Of a stretch of DNA of 64,000 nt, positions 56,409 through 64,000 are shown in pieces. Position 1 is the first letter of the stretch, and every line of letters begins with the position of its first letter. The stretch comes from a virus. The notes under the pieces are model-generated. The model saw nothing but the letters and a program-made list of their open reading frames with translations, was not told the origin of the DNA and searched no databases. The stretch is from the IMG/VR virus record IMGVR_UViG_3300008111_000001; one strand, written 5' to 3'. The position numbers were made by a program, and so were the translations under genes.

Positions 56409-56570
56409 TTATTTTTTTTGAGAGTGCTCTTGAACAAAACGTTCAACAGCTCTATTAATTTTTTGTGTTAAATTTTCTACTGGTGTGACCATTTCTGAGC
56501 AGTCAATATCATAGTATTCCTCAGCGCTAGTAGCGTACGGATCTGAGCAGTATAGTGTACCTTGGTTCAT
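56409..56570 (-). CDS. Small hypothetical protein, 53 aa (not in ORF track)
   Basis: MNQGTLYCSDPYATSAEEYYDIDCSEMVTPVENLTQKINRAVERFVQEHSQKK; AAGGA SD. Confidence 0.5.
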   Translation of the reverse strand: MNQGTLYCSDPYATSAEEYYDIDCSEMVTPVENLTQKINRAVERFVQEHSQKK

Positions 56571-56655
56571 TTTATTCCTTTTCCAAAACTAAACTTTTTT
56601 CAAAAATGAAAACGGGCCTCAAAATTTTTTTCCAAATTTACCCTATATAGGGATT

Positions 56656-56982
56656 TCAGTCCATAGGGGGTCTACGAATTTGTAGGGAACTACTGCGACC
56701 ACCCATCCCAAAAAGACCTCTTTTAGTATCTGTTCTTAAGAAGCTTGGATTGTCATAGGTTGTAGTGGATCCAAACATCCCACCTCGACCACGTGGAGTT
56801 CTTGTCATCATTGTATTGGGGCTCATGGGTGTTCTTGGCATTTTCCTGGACTGAGCTGCTGTTTGACCTAAAAAGTCGTTAATAGCGCTTCCTCCGCGAC
56901 CTCCAGGTGACATAGTGTCTTGAAATGCCCCTAACATTCTCATTCCAGCTCTTGATAATCTGCTATTTCCAAAACCAGGCAT
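56656..56982 (-). CDS. Gly/Arg/Met-rich basic low-complexity protein
   Basis: RGGRGGMFG-type repeats; AAGGAG SD; TTACTAT motif on the minus strand at 57024-57030. Confidence 0.65.
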   Translation of the reverse strand: MPGFGNSRLSRAGMRMLGAFQDTMSPGGRGGSAINDFLGQTAAQSRKMPRTPMSPNTMMTRTPRGRGGMFGSTTTYDNPSFLRTDTKRGLFGMGGRSSSLQIRRPPMD

Positions 56983-57004
56983 TTGTCTTTCTCCTTAAGT
57001 AAAA

Positions 57005-57343
57005 TTAACTTATACTATAATCTATAGTAACGACATTTCCGTCGGTAAACTTTCCTATAAAATCTATATAGTGAACGATATCGCCATCCCTATATGTTGT
57101 ATAAAAATTCAAAAATCCATGAAAATTAGCGTCTTTATACGAAGATAGCTCAATTGTTTGCTTGTCTAGCCAGCTAAATTCTTTATATAAAAGTCTTCCA
57201 GAATCAGCTATCAAATAACTGTCTAGCATACAGTGCAGGTCTTTTGTCTGAAACTCATGACCAGGGGAAAATGATACTTTTTTATTTTCCAAGGTTATTT
57301 CTGGAAGATTATATTCTACGTATATTGAATCATACATTCCCAT
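57005..57343 (-). CDS. Hypothetical protein
   Basis: MGMYD...EFQTKDL...GKFTDG, a sequence type I recognise from environmental phages. Confidence 0.7.
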   Translation of the reverse strand: MGMYDSIYVEYNLPEITLENKKVSFSPGHEFQTKDLHCMLDSYLIADSGRLLYKEFSWLDKQTIELSSYKDANFHGFLNFYTTYRDGDIVHYIDFIGKFTDGNVVTIDYSIS

Positions 57344-57494
57344 TGGGGCCCCGATCTTAGGTCTATTTTTTTTTAAAAATATATATATGTAATTATAATG
57401 CTTTTTTGTATGAATAATAAAAGTTTATTCTTTGGACATAATTAAATATGGAATAAGTATCATCATTGCTGCTAGAAAGAAACCAATTATAACA

Positions 57495-57788
57495 TCAAAC
57501 ATTCTGTTCAATTCCTTTAATGTTGTTTTTAGTGTTAATTCTAGAAAATAAAAGTTTAGATTGGGAGAAAATGCAACCAAAATTGATTGGCATATCTACA
57601 AAGTCTTCACGGAAAAGAGGTCGACCTAAACGTTTTTCAAAGCAGCTAACACAAAGCATTTCAAACTTTGAAGCTACAGAACACCATATTTTATCGTGAA
57701 GCATATAGTATTCGTTTTTGATGAAAGTATTTTCTTGACAATCTGCACAATCAAATCCTTCTAAGAAGTAATCGTCTAGATTAGTCAT
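57495..57788 (-). CDS. Cys-rich hypothetical protein
   Basis: CADC...EYYML...W...MLCVSCFEKRLGRPL. Confidence 0.7.
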   Translation of the reverse strand: MTNLDDYFLEGFDCADCQENTFIKNEYYMLHDKIWCSVASKFEMLCVSCFEKRLGRPLFREDFVDMPINFGCIFSQSKLLFSRINTKNNIKGIEQNV

Positions 57789-57889
57789 TAGTTATAGGTC
57801 CTCTACAGGTTTTTTTATTTAATTCTTTTTTGAGATCCGGAATAGTTTTTGCACGTAATTTTTGAGTGCGGAAAAGAAAAAGGTCATGT

Positions 57890-58027
57890 TTAGTCCATTT
57901 TCTGGTCATTATTAATATCTTCTTTAAAGACAGAGGATAATATTTTTATAAGTATTCCAGATGTAAAAAGAATAGCAAAAAATGTTAAAAACATACTAAA
58001 CAAATTGGGTGCTTGCTGAGCGATCAT
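57890..58027 (-). CDS. Small membrane peptide, 45 aa (not in ORF track)
   Basis: MIAQQAPNLFSMFLTFFAILFTSGILIKILSSVFKEDINNDQKMD; AAGGA SD. Confidence 0.45.
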   Translation of the reverse strand: MIAQQAPNLFSMFLTFFAILFTSGILIKILSSVFKEDINNDQKMD

Positions 58028-58062
58028 AATACCATCCTTTACATAAAGATAGTAACATTATA

Positions 58063-58278
58063 TCACAGTGTTTGACTTTGATAGGGAATTATTTCAAACT
58101 CGTCAATTTCGGGAATAATTCCCAATATAGATCCAGAATCCCAGTTAACATGAATTGTTTCTAGGTCATCAATAAAATGTATTGTACCGCATTCGCCAGA
58201 TTTGATACGAGTATATGGATCATTTATTTGAATTGCCCGAACTCTCTGGCCAACTCTCAAATTTTTCACTAAGTTCAT
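58063..58278 (-). CDS. DUF4314-like SH3-fold protein
   Basis: GQRVR.I.INDPY...G.CGTI.FIDD..TIHVNWDSGS.LG.IP..D. Confidence 0.75.
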   Translation of the reverse strand: MNLVKNLRVGQRVRAIQINDPYTRIKSGECGTIHFIDDLETIHVNWDSGSILGIIPEIDEFEIIPYQSQTL

Positions 58279-58435
58279 CTTGGTTTAGCAAAACCTTTAA
58301 ATTATAATAAAGTGGATGAATACCATCAAGATACTCAGGGTACATTGTCGCATACAAGGACATCGTTGTAGCCTCCTCCGGCGTTTCCGCTTCTACAACG
58401 AGTGTCCTTGTAATGCTTATTACATATTTAGTCAT
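58220..58435 (-). CDS. Hypothetical protein
   Basis: MTKYVISITRTLVVEAETPEEA, a typical small phage gene. Confidence 0.55.
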   Translation of the reverse strand: MTKYVISITRTLVVEAETPEEATTMSLYATMYPEYLDGIHPLYYNLKVLLNQDELSEKFESWPESSGNSNK

Positions 58436-58487
58436 ATATCTTCCCTAAATTAGAGATTCAAGAAAGATAGTAATGACAAACATGCGA

Positions 58488-58829
58488 TCAGCCAAGCATG
58501 ACCCAAAGATCAAACATCTTTGTATTCTCATTGTAAAGAGAAGCTGTTGAAAGGGTCAAGTTGTCTTTTTTGGCGCGGGTATAAAGAGATACACGCAAGG
58601 AGGAAAGCTGTTCTTTTGACGTAACAGGTATGTTCACATGGAACCACTGATTACGATTAGTGATAAGCTCATTATATATATTGGTGATTACCGGGTTGCG
58701 ACGGCGACCTTTACCACTATTCATGGGAGGCTCACCTTTAATTCTGGTGAGAAGCTTTGTAGGCTCGGCAATAGCAAACTTACGAGGGTTTGCTTCTATC
58801 TGAGTTTCAAGACTAGGACGAACAGGCAT
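58488..58829 (-). CDS. Hypothetical protein
   Basis: 113 aa; AGGAG SD. Confidence 0.65.
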   Translation of the reverse strand: MPVRPSLETQIEANPRKFAIAEPTKLLTRIKGEPPMNSGKGRRRNPVITNIYNELITNRNQWFHVNIPVTSKEQLSSLRVSLYTRAKKDNLTLSTASLYNENTKMFDLWVMLG

Positions 58830-59173
58830 TATTTTCTCCTTGTAAATTGGTTTGTTCAGATTTTTGTTTAAACAATAATGTAATTAAACTCTCTTTTTAA
58901 GAAGATCAAGAATTTCATTAAGTATTATTTTGATTTCCTTAAGGTTGTCATTAACCTGATTTAAGGGAGCTGTTGTGGAATGATAAGCAATGCTTTCTTG
59001 GCGAATTCTGTCATTTGCACGAGCTGCAGCATCCTTTTCAGCCTGTCTAAATGCGTTCATTTCTTATTGCTCCAAAAATCATCTTTGCCCAAAAAATGCT
59101 TGATAACAAAAATATTAGCAAGCACTATTGTTGTACCGAAAAAGAATCCAGCAAAAAAACTCATTATAATCTC

Positions 59174-59818
59174 CTAATCTTTTTTCCAAGGGGCCACATC
59201 TTGATCTCCAATAACAAGCGCTTTTTCAATAACGATATCAGCTTTTGAAGAATAATAGCCTTGGCGAACAACTTTTGCTGGAGCACCATGAGGAGACCAA
59301 GAGTCATGGTAATAGTGATAAACAGAAACTTCTTCGCCTAATTCACCAATGCGCTCAATTCCAAGCTTAGTTAAGTTATGGGTTAACGTACCATAAGCTT
59401 GTTTATATATATCACTATAATCATAGCCATTATGATTATCACCAAGATCAATTCCTTGCTCAAGCTCTTGATGATGTTTAATCAACATGCGCAAAAGATC
59501 CCAACGAGCTACTTCAATTTCTGCATCTAAAGCTTTTCTGCGATGAGATATTAAATCAACAATAGTATTTTTATATTTTTCAATATCTTGTTTTTGCTGC
59601 TCTATGGTTTGAAGAGCATCTTCTAAAGCTTGAGAAAGAATAGAATTTGTTTCCATAACTTCAGCTGCATTATCAATAATAGCAGTCGTTGGATACTTGG
59701 GGAAGACCATTGCTTTGCCATCTTTAGTGCAGGCATCGGACGTGCAATATCTAAAAAGGCGTTCTGGATGAATATTTGGTTTACCGCAATAAACACATGT
59801 TAAATATGTTTCAGTCAT
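59174..59818 (-). CDS. Zn-finger + coiled coil + GrpE-like C-terminal domain protein
   Basis: CVYCG...C...C; heptad coiled coil; LTKLGIERIGELGEEV...HD...KVVRQGY......IEKALV. ATG 59818 is preferred over 59896. Confidence 0.6.
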   Translation of the reverse strand: MTETYLTCVYCGKPNIHPERLFRYCTSDACTKDGKAMVFPKYPTTAIIDNAAEVMETNSILSQALEDALQTIEQQKQDIEKYKNTIVDLISHRRKALDAEIEVARWDLLRMLIKHHQELEQGIDLGDNHNGYDYSDIYKQAYGTLTHNLTKLGIERIGELGEEVSVYHYYHDSWSPHGAPAKVVRQGYYSSKADIVIEKALVIGDQDVAPWKKD

Positions 59819-59819
59819 A

Positions 59820-60017
59820 TTATGATTTGATGGCCTCTGCGTATAAAGTATTATATTGTTTTGCGAGCTTATGTATCTCTTCTTGAGGTGCGCCACCCTC
59901 TATTGCCATAGCTAGTTGAGATCCAAGAACACCTATTCTTTGCCATTTTTTAACTAAGAAGTCTGGAGGTATAGGTTGTGGTTTATCGTACTTTGAAGGA
60001 TATTTACTATAAGCCAA
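59820..60017 (-). CDS. Hypothetical protein
   Basis: 65 aa, tightly packed in the minus-strand operon. Confidence 0.6.
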   Translation of the reverse strand: MAYSKYPSKYDKPQPIPPDFLVKKWQRIGVLGSQLAMAIEGGAPQEEIHKLAKQYNTLYAEAIKS

Positions 60018-60266
60018 TTAGTTATCCTCAAATATTTCTTTATATATTAAAGACATTTCGTGATCGATAACTTCTTGAGTTATAGGAGCGTCATGAAGAT
60101 CTTCATACCACATAGTAAAATATCTCTCGGCTACTTGTTGCCAGCGACTAGATTCTCTTTCCCAATACTTTAAATCTTGTTGAGCGCGAGAAAGAGAAAC
60201 TTGAAGATCTTGAATAATAGCATGAGACTCACTCACCAGGCTACTCCTTGAGCTACTTCTTTGCAA
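60018..60266 (-). CDS. Coiled-coil hypothetical protein
   Basis: 82 aa; start uncertain. Confidence 0.5.
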   Translation of the reverse strand: MQRSSSRSSLVSESHAIIQDLQVSLSRAQQDLKYWERESSRWQQVAERYFTMWYEDLHDAPITQEVIDHEMSLIYKEIFEDN

Positions 60267-60535
60267 GTTTCATACTCTGCATCTGCATATTCTTTTTTGC
60301 CAAGTTGTGTAGCGAGATTTTCTGCGACTTCTTTCCATAAATTACGGTCAGCTCGCATGCTGTCAAACATTTCTTTTAGAGCATGAAAGTCATTTTCACA
60401 GTCTTGAATATCACTGATCAAAGAAGAGATTATTGCAGACTGATCTTCAGCTGGAATTATCGGGTTGATGTACTCTGGCTCATCAATTGGTTCACGGAAC
60501 ATCAATTCTCCTTTATAGTGGACTATATTATTCAA
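60233..60535 (-). CDS. Coiled-coil hypothetical protein
   Basis: 100 aa containing RADRNLWKEVAENLA. Confidence 0.6.
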   Translation of the reverse strand: MNNIVHYKGELMFREPIDEPEYINPIIPAEDQSAIISSLISDIQDCENDFHALKEMFDSMRADRNLWKEVAENLATQLGKKEYADAEYETCKEVAQGVAW

Positions 60536-60843
60536 TCGTTATACCTACTGACTAGATTAATTATTTGATTGTGAAGATCTGCAACTTTATCAACTGTCGA
60601 CAAATCGTTAGTATATCTAGTGTAAATTTTAAGAACTTCACGAGAGTAAGCTATGTCACCTTGTGAAACGAAAAGATCATTGTCATGTGAATTCAGCCAA
60701 ATATGCAGAGCAGCAGCAAGAGCATTCATTATAATATTAGAGTCTTCTATTTGTATAAAATAGTTTTTATTATTTTCTTCCAAAATAGAAACCTTATGTG
60801 AGAGAGCATTAACCATGGCTGTTTTCATTGCGAGATGATCCAT
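60532..60843 (-). CDS. Coiled-coil hypothetical protein
   Basis: 103 aa; AAGGAG SD. Confidence 0.6.
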   Translation of the reverse strand: MDHLAMKTAMVNALSHKVSILEENNKNYFIQIEDSNIIMNALAAALHIWLNSHDNDLFVSQGDIAYSREVLKIYTRYTNDLSTVDKVADLHNQIINLVSRYND

Positions 60844-60953
60844 TAGTACTCCTTAGCGGTAGCGATCAGGCGAATAGTAACAGTAGATACTAGCAGAATA
60901 ATCGCTGAAATAAAAGCAAAGGAGTAAAACTTTTGGGCGCTATTTTCAGTCAT
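60843..60953 (-). CDS. Small membrane peptide, 36 aa (not in ORF track)
   Basis: MTENSAQKFYSFAFISAIILLVSTVTIRLIATAKEY; fills the gap with coupled start and stop. Confidence 0.45.
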   Translation of the reverse strand: MTENSAQKFYSFAFISAIILLVSTVTIRLIATAKEY

Positions 60954-61200
60954 CAGGAGTAACCTCCATTAAAAATCTAGTTTTCCAACGTTCTGTAGCC
61001 ATTTGTGTGGCCGGATGTTCATATTGAACTATAGGCCACTGGTCTGTATCAATTAAAGCAGTGATAGCTTCCTCTTGGCCACAATCGGAACAAATTTCAG
61101 TTTTATTATCTATACGAGATATGGCTCCTGGATATTCTCCAGCAAAAGCATTACTTGGAATAAACCCCAAACAACGAGGGCAAACAGGTTTAGTTAACAT
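60946..61200 (-). CDS. Zinc-finger hypothetical protein
   Basis: CPRC...YPGAISRIDNKTEICSDCGQEEA. Confidence 0.7.
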   Translation of the reverse strand: MLTKPVCPRCLGFIPSNAFAGEYPGAISRIDNKTEICSDCGQEEAITALIDTDQWPIVQYEHPATQMATERWKTRFLMEVTPDD

Positions 61201-61688
61201 ATTTGAAAACCTCCACAATCAAATAAAAATTGTGAAAAATTAGATATATTATCTAAAGTAAGAAAGTAAGAAGATTCGAAATTAGGAGCTTGACCGGTAC
61301 CTTTGCACTGATGACATTCGGGTTTCGGTGCTTTAGTTTCAGACTTGGGAAATGGTATTTCTCCCGCAAAATCATAAGATTCAAAAAGAGAAACGCCAGT
61401 ACAAAAACATGTTTGAGTAGGAAGATTATCTATATACTCTTGACGTTCATCTATATATTTTTGAGCAGCGCCTGAATCTATTGATTTACGTAAAGCAAAA
61501 GCAAGTTTGCGAGAATCAACAAAACCAAGACCATCACCATCATTACTATGAGCATTTTCGACTTTTCCGGCTACATCGGGAAGAACGTGAACACAGTACT
61601 CCCATAAAGGATGCCAATACCAAACGTTATTACGAAAATAAGCTCCGACTTCTGTTTTTGGCTTTTTGCCATAAACATCCATTCCCAT
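61194..61688 (-). CDS. Hypothetical protein with a CxxCxGxG (DnaJ-type) zinc motif
   Basis: MGMDVYG...YFRNNVWYWHPLW...CFCTG...CHQCKGTG; GGAGG SD. Confidence 0.7.
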   Translation of the reverse strand: MGMDVYGKKPKTEVGAYFRNNVWYWHPLWEYCVHVLPDVAGKVENAHSNDGDGLGFVDSRKLAFALRKSIDSGAAQKYIDERQEYIDNLPTQTCFCTGVSLFESYDFAGEIPFPKSETKAPKPECHQCKGTGQAPNFESSYFLTLDNISNFSQFLFDCGGFQIC

Positions 61689-61707
61689 AATTACCTCCAA
61701 TGTTGTG

Positions 61708-61780
61708 CTCCGAGAGCAGGGCTCGAACCTGCGACCCGCTGATTAACAGTCAGCTGCTCTGCCAACTGAGCTATCTCGGA
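61708..61780 (-). tRNA. trnN: tRNA-Asn (GTT)
   Basis: TCCGAGATAGCTCAGTTGGCAGAGCAGCTGACTGTTAATCAGCGGGTCGCAGGTTCGAGCCCTGCTCTCGGAG; full cloverleaf; no encoded CCA. Confidence 0.93.
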
Positions 61781-61786
61781 AAGATT

Positions 61787-62077
61787 TCACAATGCTTGAT
61801 CGTATGCTTCAGCTAAACTATTGTATGGATTAACACAGTCATGAGCTACGATAAGTACGTCATGATTGTTTTGCTTAGGAGAGCATTCCATGCATTCGAT
61901 ACGAGATATGTTTTGCTGCGGCACGGGGAGCATAAGGTATAGTGAGCATTCGTAGACTGGATAATCATCTGGCAAGTTAAACTTGTCAACCATATTAATC
62001 CAGGCGCGAATATCGCCTAGTCTTATGTCTTTGCCGTTAGAGGGACTAACGGCAATGTCGATATTAATTTCTGTCAT
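61787..62077 (-). CDS. Hypothetical protein
   Basis: 96 aa; GAGG SD; CMEC motif. Confidence 0.6.
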   Translation of the reverse strand: MTEINIDIAVSPSNGKDIRLGDIRAWINMVDKFNLPDDYPVYECSLYLMLPVPQQNISRIECMECSPKQNNHDVLIVAHDCVNPYNSLAEAYDQAL

Positions 62078-62267
62078 TAGTCCTCAATAATATTAGAATA
62101 AGTTTATGAAAAAGAAATTTTTTTACGAGTAAGATAAATCATAATTATGGAAGCAAGAGTTTCCATAAGCTTAAGTAGAGATTGAAACTCTTTAATACTT
62201 TTCATCAATCTGGTTAAAAATAATTTAAATTTTGACGAAAAGTTTTTAAACATTTTATCCTTTGTGA

Positions 62268-62648
62268 CTATTCAATTCTCTGCATGGTTTTAACACTAAC
62301 AGTATTAGGTGTGCAACGATGAGTAGGGACAGCATTTAAAGGTAAATACATTACAAGAGTAGCATTGCATCCTGGACATTGCCATTTAGAACCCTTCTTA
62401 GTGGATTCGCGGAGATCCAAATAATCAGAAGATCTAGGATGAAGCTGACGATGAACTTTAGAAACAGATAAATCGGAAATTTCCGAATTAAGTACCTTGG
62501 GTTCAGATTGTTGAACTTGAGGTTCAGATATTTTTATAGATGTACTCTCTAAAGAAGAGCATTTAGGGCATAGCAGTGGTTTTCTTCCACGGAGTTTTGT
62601 TCTTTTCCAAGTGGAAGAGCAAGAAGTGCAAGTAAGTTCTTCCTCCAT
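62268..62648 (-). CDS. Double zinc-ribbon protein
   Basis: CTSC...RGRKP..CPKC; CPGC...HRC. Confidence 0.7.
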   Translation of the reverse strand: MEEELTCTSCSSTWKRTKLRGRKPLLCPKCSSLESTSIKISEPQVQQSEPKVLNSEISDLSVSKVHRQLHPRSSDYLDLRESTKKGSKWQCPGCNATLVMYLPLNAVPTHRCTPNTVSVKTMQRIE

Positions 62649-62661
62649 AAGAATCCTTTAA

Positions 62662-63045
62662 CTAACGAGAAAACGATATCTTTTCCTTTGATATTACCAT
62701 GGCCTTGGGTATGTTTATGACCATGCAAAAATAATCATCTTCAGTAATAGTAGAAGCTATTGTGTAATAATTAGATTTTCCATTATCAGAAATAAGGTAT
62801 CCAATCGTATGGCAGAGATAATCTTCTCTTTCTATGGAGGAACTATCGTGCCACTCATCAGTTTCAGAAAAAGCGTCTCTCCAAATAATATAATATACAG
62901 GAGCATTTTTTACTAGTGGTTTTGTATTGTCTTTTTTAGTAAAAGATTTTATCTTTTTTTCTTTTACCTGTTCAATTTCTTTTACCTGTTCAAGAGGAAT
63001 GGCTTCATTCGCAGGAGACTGCGATATTTCAACTCTCTTTGACAT
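62662..63045 (-). CDS. Hypothetical protein
   Basis: YIIWRDA...W...CHTIGYL...IPKAMV; AGGAG SD. Confidence 0.7.
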   Translation of the reverse strand: MSKRVEISQSPANEAIPLEQVKEIEQVKEKKIKSFTKKDNTKPLVKNAPVYYIIWRDAFSETDEWHDSSSIEREDYLCHTIGYLISDNGKSNYYTIASTITEDDYFCMVINIPKAMVISKEKISFSR

Positions 63046-63080
63046 ATTAATCTCCTAGGCTAATATAGCTACAGGAATAC

Positions 63081-63089
63081 ATTATAGCA
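63081..63089 (-). promoter_or_regulatory. Extended -10 promoter (TGCTATAAT, minus strand)
   Basis: ATTATAGCA on the plus strand, 36 bp upstream of the 63045 start. Confidence 0.5.
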
Positions 63090-63218
63090 TCAAGTTAGTA
63101 GGTTTTTGTCAAAGATTCATAATTTATATAATGAGTTGTGCCAAAAACAGACACTGCTATATCGTGAATTTGATCAGAATCACTAAAGTTTAAAGAGGGA
63201 AGATGAGGGTGATGATAT

Positions 63219-63503
63219 TTAGATTTGTTCTTGTTTTTTCGCTTCTTGCTCAATGTTCACCGGCCCATGATTCTCAGATGCAAAAGATAGTCTTTCGCAA
63301 GAATAAATATCTCTTATAGATATATTGAAATAATTACCCATGGACTGAGAAGTAATAAGAGAGTTATAAACGTTTTGAGGAACTCTGTGATAAGCCCAAA
63401 CAGAACCGCTCTTGAACTCTATGACTAATGTCATAGCAACAGAGCTCCAGCCAACTGATTTTATAAAAGAACTATCTTTAGTTTGATGAGTATAAATAGT
63501 CAC
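63219..63503 (-). CDS. KTSC domain protein
   Basis: SSFIKSVGW...LVIEFKSGSVWAYHRVPQNVYNSLITSQSMGNYFN..IR. Confidence 0.85.
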   Translation of the reverse strand: MTIYTHQTKDSSFIKSVGWSSVAMTLVIEFKSGSVWAYHRVPQNVYNSLITSQSMGNYFNISIRDIYSCERLSFASENHGPVNIEQEAKKQEQI

Positions 63504-63511
63504 TTAAAATC

Positions 63512-63979
63512 CTATGGGTAATTGTGCAAAGTTTTAGTTGTGTGATCAACATATAAAACTCTTTGATATATTTCAAACGGAGAAACGTATTCGCCATTAA
63601 TTACTTTGACATCCTGACGAACTTGATAAGCTAAACCATTAGACCAAGAAAAACCTTCAACAACATAACCTTCCTTTTTTCTAACAGCGTAGTAGGGAGA
63701 AGGTGAACCATCTTCCAACATTATATAACGAAAAGTAAAAAGGGGTATTGGTGAAAGTAAATATTGACCAGATTTGTCTTGAACTTTGCCAAAAAATAAA
63801 CAAAATTCAGAAGACATTTTATCAAGTTCATCAAAAGTATATATATCTGGAGCACTATATCTGTAGTACAAATAATTGTTTAGATAATTGTGCTGAAGAT
63901 AAACGTACGAATCCTCTTCATCTATATCAGATTCAACAAGATGCACGGTATGCAATGTTCTAATGAGAGGATCTGTCAT
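63512..63979 (-). CDS. Hypothetical protein (Tyr-rich)
   Basis: 155-aa ORF; the start lies near the window edge. Confidence 0.55.
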   Translation of the reverse strand: MTDPLIRTLHTVHLVESDIDEEDSYVYLQHNYLNNYLYYRYSAPDIYTFDELDKMSSEFCLFFGKVQDKSGQYLLSPIPLFTFRYIMLEDGSPSPYYAVRKKEGYVVEGFSWSNGLAYQVRQDVKVINGEYVSPFEIYQRVLYVDHTTKTLHNYP

Positions 63980-64000
63980 AGTTTTACTCTGATGAAATAA

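Noticed and set aside
63081-63112. Canonical TTGACA/TATAAT promoter pair on the minus strand
   Set aside because: The spacing is 20 bp, too long; only the extended -10 was retained.
1-64000. Stop-codon reassignment (alternative genetic code)
   Set aside because: Core genes are full length in the standard code, and TAA, TGA and TAG all end genes at coupled junctions.
1-64000. Integrase, transposase or other mobile element
   Set aside because: No recombinase or transposase motifs, att-like tRNA duplications or terminal inverted repeats were found in the window.

Overview
A 64-kb, gene-dense, AT-rich segment of a large tailed dsDNA bacteriophage. The host is inferred to be an actinobacterium, possibly a freshwater Acidimicrobiia/acI-type organism. 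That inference rests on an r1t-type holin, an MSMEG_6728-like gene, an LPxTG sortase substrate and Thr/Pro-linker surface proteins. Layout: (1) 1-4.2 kb, end of a virion-structural block plus a holin. (2) 4.2-28.2 kb, nucleotide metabolism and replication: class II RNR, ThyX, dCMP deaminase, C5 methyltransferase, SNase, glycosyltransferases, DnaB helicase, AEP primase, DnaE polymerase, RecB/Cas4-like nucleases, a phage sigma factor, RNase HI and dNMP kinase. (3) 28.2-39.6 kb, a late-type region with about ten Lys-rich microproteins, an LPxTG surface protein, an M15 endolysin, tRNA-Ser, a glycosyl/methyltransferase cluster, a lyase-motif protein and two HiPIP-like paralogs. (4) 39.6-42.2 kb, a minus-strand lectin/LCCL surface protein. 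(5) 42.3-56.4 kb, a collagen-like tail fibre and a His-rich fibre paralog, followed by an operon of three 2OG-Fe(II) oxygenases, a flavin halogenase, a methyltransferase-like protein and a GT2. (6) 56.4-64 kb, minus-strand small accessory genes and tRNA-Asn. The strongest leads are the His-rich fibre with its putative tailoring operon, an out-of-frame second subunit inside the methyltransferase gene, a recurring TTACTAT promoter-like motif, and the OspF/LanL-lyase-like protein. All family calls come from manual motif recognition; no database searches were run.
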